From contig JAAXJR010000030.1 in assembly GCA_012269745.1 (NCBI GenBank), forward strand, positions 11,143 to 75,142: a stretch of 64,000 nt of DNA, written 5' to 3'. The translations under genes and the position numbers were made by a program. How positions within the stretch are numbered: the first letter of the stretch is position 1; every line of letters starts with the position of its first letter. The DNA is from Flavobacteriales bacterium (GTDB lineage Bacteria; Bacteroidota; Bacteroidia; Flavobacteriales; Schleiferiaceae). Shown one piece after another: positions 47,440 to 56,168 of the stretch. The notes beneath the pieces are model-generated. The model worked only from the letters and a program-made list of their open reading frames with translations, searched no databases and had not been told where the DNA came from.

Positions 47440-48474
47440 CAGTTCTTGAGCAAAACGCATCAACCAAAGCCACAACTGTTCGTAACCACTCCCTAACTCT
47501 TGAGGAAGCACATCCCCAAGGGTCAGTAATGGAACACTCGCCCATATCATCACCGTAATGAGTGGCACCACCAATAAGTTGCCTGCGAGAAAGTACGGAC
47601 TGGAACCGCCAAAGGCCAACTGGACAATAGGTAAGGTAGCCGACCACGCAGCTAGGGATATCTGGATGGGCACAAAGAACCAAGAGCCCTTTTTTCGGCT
47701 GCGCTTGTAGCTGTAATGCAAGATGAGCTCTTCGCCCTTGTGTTTACGCAATGCCAACAGGATGGCAAAAACGGCAACATAACTCAACTGGAAAGAGAGA
47801 CTTTGTGGCGCCGTGGGATCCACAATGTAATGTCCAACAGCTACTAGCATAGGAAAATGCAGAGAGGGAATGCTCCATTGTCGCAACGCAGCCAGGCGAG
47901 CCAAACCAAACATCCACACAGCTCGCAGCACTGAAGGGCTCGCCCCAACGAGCTGCGCGTAGAAGAACAGCAAAAAGAATTGGACAAAGTGAGCCAAAAG
48001 CCTTGATTTTGGACGCCGAGCCCAGAGAAATAAAGGCCTTGTAAGCAAGACCCAGAAACCGATGTGAAAACCGCTCACTGCTAGCACATGAGAGATGCCG
48101 AGATTGCGAAACCTGAGCAGTATTTCATCACTTAACCCGCTTTTATCTGCTAAGAGGACTGCTTTCAAGAATTGACCATAATCTCCACTGGCGAATGTCG
48201 AGATTCTTTCAAAAAAAAGAACGCCGACATAACGTGTCCAAGAATGCACAAATTCAGGCAGCGCCAAAGGGTACCAATAGCGCCATTCTGAATAGAGCCT
48301 CAGCACTCCAAGAAGAACAGCTACCGCTATTATGAGTGCAATATCATGCCACAGTCTACGCCAAGAACGAGGAAAGAGTAGAAAGCCAAATAACACATTA
48401 AGATCCATCCCCCAACTCGAATGAAGGGCACTGAACATACAGGTAAAAAAAAGGGCGCGAAGAACCATGCTCAT
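47416..48474 (-). CDS. ComEC/Rec2-family membrane protein (competence domain only)
   Basis: GISHVLAVSGFHIGF is present and the protein is polytopic. It has no metallo-beta-lactamase domain. It overlaps cdaA convergently by 24 nt. Confidence 0.7.
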   Translation of the reverse strand: MSMVLRALFFTCMFSALHSSWGMDLNVLFGFLLFPRSWRRLWHDIALIIAVAVLLGVLRLYSEWRYWYPLALPEFVHSWTRYVGVLFFERISTFASGDYGQFLKAVLLADKSGLSDEILLRFRNLGISHVLAVSGFHIGFWVLLTRPLFLWARRPKSRLLAHFVQFFLLFFYAQLVGASPSVLRAVWMFGLARLAALRQWSIPSLHFPMLVAVGHYIVDPTAPQSLSFQLSYVAVFAILLALRKHKGEELILHYSYKRSRKKGSWFFVPIQISLAAWSATLPIVQLAFGGSSPYFLAGNLLVVPLITVMIWASVPLLTLGDVLPQELGSGYEQLWLWLMRFAQELLSVLQEL

Positions 48475-48517
48475 TAAGCTGGCATATTTGCTTTTAAAAC
48501 CCTAAAAATGAGGAAAA

Positions 48518-49666
48518 CTAGAAGTTTTGAACCGCCTCGAAACGGAGCTTTTGGAAATAGAAATCTAATATCTCTTTCCAAGTGAATCCCCCCACTGACA
48601 TGCGCATAGCTCCTTGCTGGGCCATACCTACACCGTGACCAAATCCGAAGCCTTCGAGATGCACAGAATCACCTACTATGCTCGCTGTGAAGTAGGTACT
48701 ACGTAATTTAAAATGACGGCGTAAAGTCTCTAACTTGAAGCTTTGATCACCGATGCTGTAATGGGTTTGACGCCCCTCAGGCAATCCTGCGAAATAGGCA
48801 CCCCAATCGTGTTGCGTTGCCTCCTTAAAGAAATAGGAATTCCAATCGGCCAATGGAATATCCTTGGTCCACCGGTATTTACTCTCCTTCTTACTGAAAG
48901 GATCAAAAACGGCCCTGCAATACGGCAATTCCTGAGACCACACATCTTGCGGCAGCACCGTCTGTCCCCCACTGTTACTGTGGTAGAAACCAATGATTAG
49001 CTTGCCATTATATGTCGCTATGGTATCCTTAGTTTGGGCCACCGCCGCTGAAATAATAGCAGCATGTTTTCCGTGTGGTACGCCTTTGAACGCCTGAGAA
49101 CTCTGATCATCTTTGATGTGGTAGCCTTCCTTTTTATGCTTGCCCATGTTTGTTATGAGCCATGTTCGCGCCAACACCGCCTGAGCTTTGTGGTATTCAG
49201 GTTCTGCCGACAAACCGCCCTCAGCCTCAACCACTCCTGCGATGTACGGTTCCACAGGGACCTGCACGATAGTCTCTAAATAGATGAGATTTGGCCTAAT
49301 AGTAACTTGACCTAAATAAGGTCTAGATGGGGTCCAATTCTTCCCGCGCCAAGCCCGCATCTCAATGGTATCTTTGGTGGTAAACACAATGGAATCACAC
49401 CCGGCTCTGTTGAGCCTGAGATCGCCGCGGAAGGTGTACAGCGGATGGACATCGTCCACACCGTATTCCATAGTAAAGACACTATCCGGAGTGTAGGCCG
49501 TGAGTTTGTAACTGCCAGATTTAACTTTGAGTTGGAGGCGGCCGTATTCCATATCTGCAAAGGTCAACACCCTTGGTCCGGCCGCATAGGTCTTGTACTT
49601 CTGCCCGAAAGAGCACAGCGAGAGTAACGAAAAACAAAGCAGAAAAAGCTTCTTCATCTTAAGCAT
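48518..49666 (-). CDS. SpoIID/LytB domain protein
   Basis: It has a signal peptide and the motifs ..YHSNSGGQT.. and GFGHGVGMAQQGA. An alternative start is ATG 49657. Confidence 0.8.
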   Translation of the reverse strand: MLKMKKLFLLCFSLLSLCSFGQKYKTYAAGPRVLTFADMEYGRLQLKVKSGSYKLTAYTPDSVFTMEYGVDDVHPLYTFRGDLRLNRAGCDSIVFTTKDTIEMRAWRGKNWTPSRPYLGQVTIRPNLIYLETIVQVPVEPYIAGVVEAEGGLSAEPEYHKAQAVLARTWLITNMGKHKKEGYHIKDDQSSQAFKGVPHGKHAAIISAAVAQTKDTIATYNGKLIIGFYHSNSGGQTVLPQDVWSQELPYCRAVFDPFSKKESKYRWTKDIPLADWNSYFFKEATQHDWGAYFAGLPEGRQTHYSIGDQSFKLETLRRHFKLRSTYFTASIVGDSVHLEGFGFGHGVGMAQQGAMRMSVGGFTWKEILDFYFQKLRFEAVQNF

Positions 49667-50723
49667 TTAACAGCGCTAAAATACGAGGAACTGCATCCTG
49701 TGCAAGATTCCGACTCCCCATCCGAACATGTAGTTTTGAAAGCGAATACAATTGATCCTCTTTCGATTCCAAAATAAGCGCTTTCATGTTGGTGACATTT
49801 ACCTGTTCTTGTAGGAATTCCGGCACCAATGGCGCATCCATAATGAGGTTGGGAAGTGAGAAATATTTGACTTTCACCATTTGCTTGGCAAGGGCCAAAG
49901 AGATAGGATTAGCACGATATACAACGGCCTGCGGGAGGCCTAAGAGCGCAATTTCCAAGGAAGCAGTACCGCTGCACGTAAGAGCAAATTCAGCTCCTTC
50001 AGTCACTTCTGAAAGGGGCTTGTCTTCAACAATCACATTCTTTGGCACCAATTCAACTGGCCAACTCTTTTTCATCGAAGCTGCGCGGACTACATGAAAG
50101 GTATATTCGGGCATTGCCTTTGCCAAAAGGGTAAACTGAGGCATTAAGCGAATAACTTCTTGCAGTCTTGAGCCTGGTAAAAGGACTACTTTTTTACTTG
50201 CAGCGCTGTAGTGATTTAGCCCTTCATATTTTTCCATCAAGGGGTTCCCCACATAATAAGCTTCAGCACCTTTCTCTTTGTACCACTGCTCCTCGAAAGG
50301 AAGGATAGAAAGTATGAGATCGGAATAACTCTTTAAGGATTTTAATCGGCTCTCCCTCCAAGCCCAGATTTTTGGAGGGATGAAGTAGACCACTTTAATG
50401 CCTTGGCCTTGGGCCCACTGTGCTATGCGTAAATTAAAGCCTGCGTAGTCGACTAGGACAATCAAATCGGCGCCAAAAGAGGCAATATCGTTTTTGACTT
50501 TGGAAACCTGCTTTAAGATGGTAGTTGCCTTCAGCGCAACCTCTACAAAGCCCATAATAGGCTGCCCGGGGAGATCGTAAATCTGCTGCATGCCGGCATC
50601 CGCCATTCGCTCTCCGCCCCATCCCGCTTGCTGAATTTCTGGAACAGCATCTTGCAGCGCTGCCACTAAGGCGGCCGCTTGTAAATCGCCCGAGGGCTCG
50701 CCAGCTATCCAGAATACTTTCAT
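49659..50723 (-). CDS. lpxB: lipid-A-disaccharide synthase
   Basis: MKVFWIAGEPSGDLQAA.., VDYAGFNLR, LLPGSR and TCSGTASLE are present. Confidence 0.9.
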   Translation of the reverse strand: MKVFWIAGEPSGDLQAAALVAALQDAVPEIQQAGWGGERMADAGMQQIYDLPGQPIMGFVEVALKATTILKQVSKVKNDIASFGADLIVLVDYAGFNLRIAQWAQGQGIKVVYFIPPKIWAWRESRLKSLKSYSDLILSILPFEEQWYKEKGAEAYYVGNPLMEKYEGLNHYSAASKKVVLLPGSRLQEVIRLMPQFTLLAKAMPEYTFHVVRAASMKKSWPVELVPKNVIVEDKPLSEVTEGAEFALTCSGTASLEIALLGLPQAVVYRANPISLALAKQMVKVKYFSLPNLIMDAPLVPEFLQEQVNVTNMKALILESKEDQLYSLSKLHVRMGSRNLAQDAVPRILALLNA

Positions 50724-51019
50724 TAGCGTAGAATGAATTGAAATAAAATGACCGCAGCTACACTGGGCAAACAGCTCAATAAAATGCCACGAGCGACGCG
50801 GTCTTTTTCAAAATTGATTGCTGTAAAAAACAATATAGCATTAATAATCACCCCAAAAGTTATGGCTCTCATCACTACCAATCGCCAGGCAGGATTGCCT
50901 ATATCGCCCACATCGGCCAGCATAGGATAATTGTCCAAAGCGATGGCAATGCTGAAAATAGGTGCACCTATACCAACAAAAAAGCCGGCTAAATAATCGA
51001 TGATTCTTCTATTCTTCAA
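50723..51019 (-). CDS. small membrane protein (98 aa)
   Basis: It has three hydrophobic segments and only a TTG start. It overlaps the end of surE by 11 nt. Confidence 0.45.
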   Translation of the reverse strand: MKNRRIIDYLAGFFVGIGAPIFSIAIALDNYPMLADVGDIGNPAWRLVVMRAITFGVIINAILFFTAINFEKDRVARGILLSCLPSVAAVILFQFILR

Positions 51020-51782
51020 AATTCCATTGGTTTAAGGCTGCCACTGCATGATGTGCAGTTAGATCAACAGTGATTGGCACTACCGTAATGAACCCCTCCT
51101 CTAAAGCAGCGATATCTGTATCGTCGCCGTGGTCGTAATTCACGAACTTTCCTGTGAGCCAGTAATAAGGGCGTCCAAAAGGATCTACACGTTCGTCAAA
51201 TTCTTCTTCCCAGTTTCCTATGGCCATTCGACATACTCGGATGCCTTTGTAGGGCGCCTTATCGTTCTCTGGAATGTTGACGTTAAGACATGTACCGGTA
51301 GCTAGACCATTGTCGATGACTTGCTGGATAATCTTGCGCACTGCAGGTTTAGAAGCTTCAAAGCTTGCTTCCCAACTGTGCTCACATAAGCTAAAGCCAA
51401 TAGCAGGAATGCGTTCTAGCGCACCCTCCACCGCAGCACTCATTGTGCCGCTGTAGATAACATTCACCGAAGCGTTGGACCCGTGATTTATCCCACTAAG
51501 TATCAAATCAGGGCGACGAGGCATCACCTTATTAATGGCGAGCTTCACACAATCTGCAGGGGTACCACTAACCTTAAATTCTTTTTGAGGCCCATCGCTC
51601 TTCACCTCTGTCACTCTCAAACTAACATCCAAGGAAATAGCGTGTCCCTTTCCACTCATGGGACCGTCGGGTGCTACTACCCAAACTTCACCGAAGTCGT
51701 TGGCTATTTCTGTTAAGACTTTGATTCCCGGAGCGGAAATACTGTCATCGTTCGTTATGAGAATTAGAGGCTTTTTTGTCAT
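51009..51782 (-). CDS. surE: 5'/3'-nucleotidase SurE
   Basis: Motifs ILITNDDSISAPGI, SGINHGSN and YSGTMSAA are present. Confidence 0.9.
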   Translation of the reverse strand: MTKKPLILITNDDSISAPGIKVLTEIANDFGEVWVVAPDGPMSGKGHAISLDVSLRVTEVKSDGPQKEFKVSGTPADCVKLAINKVMPRRPDLILSGINHGSNASVNVIYSGTMSAAVEGALERIPAIGFSLCEHSWEASFEASKPAVRKIIQQVIDNGLATGTCLNVNIPENDKAPYKGIRVCRMAIGNWEEEFDERVDPFGRPYYWLTGKFVNYDHGDDTDIAALEEGFITVVPITVDLTAHHAVAALNQWNFEE

Positions 51783-51872
51783 CTTTATATGGCTTTATGC
51801 CAAAGTTACATGGAATGCAGTCGCGGCATGCGATTTGGTCTGTGTTAATAACGAAAACTTTATAACAACCTT

Positions 51873-52550
51873 ATGTTCGGAATCATCATCCTTTTTGTCA
51901 TCGCTGGATTCGTTGTTCAGCAACGATTGAAATCAAAATTTAAAAAGTATTCGAATGAGTCACTCAGCAACGGGATGTCCGGTGCAGAAATAGCACAAAA
52001 AATGCTCGATGATCACGGCATTTACGACGTTCGTATTGAAAGCGTCGCTGGCAAGTTGACCGATCATTATAACCCTGCGAATAAGACAGTAAACCTCAGC
52101 CCTGAAGTGTATTCTGGGCGCAGTGTTGCCGCTGCCGCAGTTGCTGCCCATGAAGTAGGACATGCTGTGCAACACGCACAGAGCTACAAATGGTTAGAGA
52201 TGCGCTCACAACTGGTGCCTATGGTCCAGTTTAGCGGAAAAATCATGAACATCGTCATTTGGTCCATGATTCTTGGAGTTGGTTTTTTAGGAATCTTCGG
52301 ATACAATACGGCCATCTGGGTGCTAATTGCTGCACAAATAGCCATTACCGGCTTCGCAGTGGTTACACTGCCCGTAGAATACGATGCATCGAACCGCGCA
52401 CTAGCTTGGCTCACCACAAGTGGACTAGTCACCACTGAAGAGCACGATAAAGCTAATGATGCCTTGAGTTGGGCTGCACGTACTTACCTAGTAGCCGCTC
52501 TTGCTTCCATGGCACAGCTCGCCTATTATTTCTCCCTATTGCGAGATTAG
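51873..52550 (+). CDS. membrane zinc metallopeptidase (Zn_peptidase_2-like)
   Basis: It has an N-terminal TM, the motif AAHEVGHAVQH, and C-terminal TM segments. Confidence 0.8.
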   Translation: MFGIIILFVIAGFVVQQRLKSKFKKYSNESLSNGMSGAEIAQKMLDDHGIYDVRIESVAGKLTDHYNPANKTVNLSPEVYSGRSVAAAAVAAHEVGHAVQHAQSYKWLEMRSQLVPMVQFSGKIMNIVIWSMILGVGFLGIFGYNTAIWVLIAAQIAITGFAVVTLPVEYDASNRALAWLTTSGLVTTEEHDKANDALSWAARTYLVAALASMAQLAYYFSLLRD

Positions 52551-52570
52551 AGCCCCAAAAATTTTGCACT

Positions 52571-52608
52571 AAAAAACCCCCGCGCCGTTGGCGCGGGGGT
52601 TTTCTTTT
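52571..52608. terminator. bidirectional hairpin terminator
   Basis: AAAAAACCCCCGCGCC-gtt-GGCGCGGGGGTTTTCTTTT sits between convergent genes. Confidence 0.85.
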
Positions 52609-52625
52609 ATCCTAGGCTTCGAGAC

Positions 52626-52844
52626 TTATTTCTCAACCTTATACCCTAGAGACTGCAAGAATGCAATTTTCTCATCAACTACTGCTTGCTGACGGTTTGC
52701 GATTTCTTTCTCAATACTCTTCTTCATTCCTGCCAATTCTTCTTCTGAGAATTTACCCAAAAATTGAGAAGCAAATAATGACTTAAGTGTCTTGTTGTTG
52801 TTCTGATTCGCACGAATGTGCTCTACCAATGCCTTCGGTTTCAT
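52626..52844 (-). CDS. small hypothetical protein (72 aa from ATG 52844)
   Basis: This is a charged, helical-looking small ORF. I recognise no motif. Confidence 0.45.
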   Translation of the reverse strand: MKPKALVEHIRANQNNNKTLKSLFASQFLGKFSEEELAGMKKSIEKEIANRQQAVVDEKIAFLQSLGYKVEK

Positions 52845-52889
52845 AAGAAAACTATTTTGTTGTGTGTTTAACAAAAATAGCGAAAATTT

Positions 52890-53606
52890 CTATTGTAAAT
52901 CCTCTAGATTTTTTGTTCCAATATGACGCACTGAAATGAGCGGTTCAGCATAGGCTGCTCCAATTATCCTACCCCAATCCTGGGCTCTCGCGATCACCGA
53001 CTTAAAGAAGCCTTCGCTAGCAATAACAGTTTGAGGCTCTGTACTGTTTGGATCAAAAAACTGGCTCTTGTGTGCTTTAATTGATGTCATTTTCGCCTCA
53101 AAACCATCACTAATATCTACCACTAATTGCGGTTCAAGGTTATAGAATTGAAGATATTTATACATGGTTTTTGGTCGCCAAGGGGCTAATTTCTCACCAT
53201 TATCTTCTAATTTAATCTTATGCAATCCTGAAAGAAAACAAGCTTCTTCTACTAATCTAGAAGCGCGACCATGATCTGGATGACGGTCTGTCGGCGCATT
53301 CATTAACACCATCTCAGGCTTGTACTTGCGAATGATTCGTGCGACTTGCAGTTGACTTTCGTGACTATAATCCACTCTACCATCCGGCATACCAAGGTTT
53401 TCACGCACCGTGCATCCTAAAATCCTAGCGGCCTCTTTAGCCTCTTCATCGCGAATTTCAGGAGTACCTCTAGTCCCCATTTCTCCGCGAGTGAGATCAA
53501 CAATTCCCGTTTTCAATCCACGGGCAGCATGGGTCGCTAAAATACCCCCAGCGCCAAGCTCGACATCGTCGGGATGGGCGCCAAAGGCAAGTATATCTAA
53601 TTTCAT
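52890..53606 (-). CDS. bshB1: bacillithiol biosynthesis deacetylase BshB1 (PIG-L/LmbE family)
   Basis: ILAFGAHPDDVELGAGG and ..HPDHGR.. are present. Confidence 0.75.
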   Translation of the reverse strand: MKLDILAFGAHPDDVELGAGGILATHAARGLKTGIVDLTRGEMGTRGTPEIRDEEAKEAARILGCTVRENLGMPDGRVDYSHESQLQVARIIRKYKPEMVLMNAPTDRHPDHGRASRLVEEACFLSGLHKIKLEDNGEKLAPWRPKTMYKYLQFYNLEPQLVVDISDGFEAKMTSIKAHKSQFFDPNSTEPQTVIASEGFFKSVIARAQDWGRIIGAAYAEPLISVRHIGTKNLEDLQ

Positions 53607-53611
53607 AGCAG

Positions 53612-54199
53612 TTATTTTCCTGCAGCGAAGTTCGTGATTTCTGTGCTTAATGGGTCCATTCTACTCTCGTAATGTGCAACCCATTGGCCGTTCCCGTCAA
53701 TCAAGAATTTATTAAAGTTCCAGCTCACCTTAGCATCTTCTACGCCGTTCTGCGATTTATTGCACAACCACTGGTATACTTCGTGACCACGAGATCTATT
53801 GGTTTTCACCTTGCTCATCATTTGGAAGGTTACCCCGTAATTCTGCGAGCAAAAGCTTTTAATTTCACTCTCACTTCCTGGTTCTTGGAACCCAAAATCG
53901 TTCGCAGGAAAACCAAGTATTACAAAATTCTCACCGCCATAGAGTTCATGTAATTTCTGCAACTCTTCGTACTGTGGAGTATAGCCACATTTCGAGGCTA
54001 CGTTTACGATAAGAACGCGCTTACCTTTTAGACTGTTAAAAGAGAAGTCTGCGCCATCAATCGTTTGAGCACGCAAATCATAAAAACTTCTAGTTTCCAT
54101 AGGTTCATTTGGGGTTTGAGCAGTTACAGCAACATCTGCAACGGCGGTAGGTTCATTAGCGCAAGCAAAGAGTGCAAGGCCGAATAAAAGGTACTTCAT
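53612..54199 (-). CDS. glutathione peroxidase (Cys-type)
   Basis: Motifs LIVNVASKCGYTPQY, FPANDFG.QEPG and WNFNKFLI are present. It has a signal peptide. The active-site residue is a Cys codon, not TGA. Confidence 0.9.
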   Translation of the reverse strand: MKYLLFGLALFACANEPTAVADVAVTAQTPNEPMETRSFYDLRAQTIDGADFSFNSLKGKRVLIVNVASKCGYTPQYEELQKLHELYGGENFVILGFPANDFGFQEPGSESEIKSFCSQNYGVTFQMMSKVKTNRSRGHEVYQWLCNKSQNGVEDAKVSWNFNKFLIDGNGQWVAHYESRMDPLSTEITNFAAGK

Positions 54200-54278
54200 T
54201 TTAATGAGAATTGGGTTTTTAATCTAAACAAGATAAGACCGTTAATGTTTGTCGTAACTTTGGTCCATCCGCATTTGT

Positions 54279-54932
54279 ATGTCTAAGATAGGTCCACTTA
54301 TTCAACGTTACGCAAAACAGGAGCTGAGAAATTCCAATGCAATCTTCTCACTCGGCCTGTACTTGATTGGAATTACCTACCTCATCTATTTATTAGGAGG
54401 GCAAAACGCAGCCGATTCCACCTGGAACACACTGCTGTGGATCGTCATTTTTTTTGGCGCCATAAACCAGGCTTCGCGCAGCTTTGAATTTGAAAGCGGT
54501 AATTACTTCTTCTATTACCAAACAGTAGCTGGACCTAAAGAAACCATCATTGCCAAGCTGATCTACAACAGCCTTTACATGCTTTTACTCTCTGGAATTG
54601 CATGGGCATTATTCACTTTATTCTACGGTAACGCAGTCTACAATCCATTGGTTTTCGCTGCAGGACTGGCTTTGGGTTGTGTCGGCTTTAGTGCCATTCT
54701 CACCCTTGCTAACGGCATTGCTGAACGCAGCGGTGGAAACGCCACTTTAAGCAGCATTTTGGCTATCCCATTGACCATCCCGGTGCTGAAAATTGTAAGC
54801 GCTATCAACATCCAAGCGATGGTCGGAGCATCCCTAGACGAGGTATATGAAATGATTGGCTCATTATTCGCCCTAGATCTCGCAATTGGGCTTCTTGCCT
54901 ACCTTCTCTTTCCTTATCTTTGGCAAGATTAA
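54279..54932 (+). CDS. ccmB: heme exporter permease CcmB-like
   Basis: It is a 6-TM protein of the CcmB size and is the first gene of the ccm string. Confidence 0.6.
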   Translation: MSKIGPLIQRYAKQELRNSNAIFSLGLYLIGITYLIYLLGGQNAADSTWNTLLWIVIFFGAINQASRSFEFESGNYFFYYQTVAGPKETIIAKLIYNSLYMLLLSGIAWALFTLFYGNAVYNPLVFAAGLALGCVGFSAILTLANGIAERSGGNATLSSILAIPLTIPVLKIVSAINIQAMVGASLDEVYEMIGSLFALDLAIGLLAYLLFPYLWQD

Positions 54933-54941
54933 AATCAGCAC

Positions 54942-55589
54942 ATGACTGGACGATTTTACAAAGCCTTGGGCGTAGTTCTCGTACTCTATTCACTCATTTA
55001 CGGTCTGCTTACGACAGTACCGGATTTACCCATCATCGAACAAAGCATTCGCAACCTGTTCTATCACGTCAGCATGTGGTTTGCCATGGTGGCCATGATG
55101 GCAGGAAGTTTTGGAAATGCCATCGGATTCTTGCGGGGTGATAACCTCTTGAAAGACACGCGCAGCGTTAGTCTAGCTGAAACTGGAATGTTGTTCGCCT
55201 TTTTGGGTCTGTTTACAGGTATGATGTGGGCAAAATTTACGTGGGGCGCTTGGTGGACGAACGACCCAAAGCTCAACGGTAGCGCCATTACCATTTTGAT
55301 CTACCTCGCCTACTTCGTCTTGAGAAACGGTATTGAAGAACCGCGTAAAAAGGCGCGTATTAGTGCCGTCTACAACATCTTCGCCTTCGTTATGATGATT
55401 GTTTTCATCGGCATCCTACCACGAATGACCGATAGTCTACACCCAGGCAACGGAGGAAACCCGGGATTCAATTCTTACGACCTCGATAATCGACTGCGAT
55501 TGGTATTCTACCCAGCAGTTATTGGATGGATTTTGATTGGAACCTGGATCGCTGCATTGCGTTATAGAATTAAGAATTTAAGTAAGTAA
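54942..55589 (+). CDS. ccmC: heme exporter protein CcmC
   Basis: It carries the W-rich motif WGAWWTNDPKLN and conserved His residues in flanking loops. Confidence 0.8.
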   Translation: MTGRFYKALGVVLVLYSLIYGLLTTVPDLPIIEQSIRNLFYHVSMWFAMVAMMAGSFGNAIGFLRGDNLLKDTRSVSLAETGMLFAFLGLFTGMMWAKFTWGAWWTNDPKLNGSAITILIYLAYFVLRNGIEEPRKKARISAVYNIFAFVMMIVFIGILPRMTDSLHPGNGGNPGFNSYDLDNRLRLVFYPAVIGWILIGTWIAALRYRIKNLSK

Positions 55590-55777
55590 TGAGAAACTTC
55601 GCCTACCTTCTACTCACCCTATTGCCTCTATCGGCTATGGCTCAATCAGAAAACCTTATGTACAGCGAGGGGAAAATCTATGTTGTAATAGCGGTTATAG
55701 CCATTATTTTCTTGGGTTTAGCCGGATATTTGTACCGAATGGATCGCAAAGTAACAGCGCTAGAAAATGAAAAATAG
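55589..55777 (+). CDS. ccmD: CcmD-like small membrane protein
   Basis: This 62-aa, single-TM protein is wedged between ccmC and ccmE with overlapping stop/start codons. Confidence 0.6.
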   Translation: MRNFAYLLLTLLPLSAMAQSENLMYSEGKIYVVIAVIAIIFLGLAGYLYRMDRKVTALENEK

Positions 55778-56162
55778 TCAGATTGCCATCATTATCGCTA
55801 TCGCAGTACTGATAGGCTACACTTTAGTACGCTTAGGGAATAGCTCTACGTATAGCAGCTTTGACGATGCTGTTGCTTTGAATGGAGAAAAAACCACTGT
55901 AATTGGCTACCTCGACCTAGAAGAAGCTATGGATTTCAATCCTAAGACGGTCCAATTCGCATTCACCGCCAAGGACAAAAAAGGCAACTCTAGCCGCGTG
56001 ATCTACAACCAGCCAAAGCCACAAGACTTTGAGCGCTCTGAGGAAATCACGATGACAGGATACGCCACAGATAGCGCCTTTATCGCCACGGACATCCTCA
56101 TGAAATGCCCTTCGAAATACAACGAACAAAACGAGGTAGACTCGGACAAGATTTACAAATAA
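55767..56162 (+). CDS. ccmE: cytochrome c maturation heme chaperone CcmE (CxxxY variant)
   Basis: It has an N-terminal TM and an OB-fold-like body. The C-terminal LMKCPSKY takes the place of the canonical LAKHDENY. Confidence 0.75.
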   Translation: MKNSQIAIIIAIAVLIGYTLVRLGNSSTYSSFDDAVALNGEKTTVIGYLDLEEAMDFNPKTVQFAFTAKDKKGNSSRVIYNQPKPQDFERSEEITMTGYATDSAFIATDILMKCPSKYNEQNEVDSDKIYK

Positions 56163-56168
56163 AAACTT

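Noticed and set aside
53612-54199. I checked for a selenocysteine (in-frame TGA) in the glutathione peroxidase, and likewise in msrB.
   Set aside because: Both ORFs are uninterrupted, and the catalytic positions are ordinary Cys codons.
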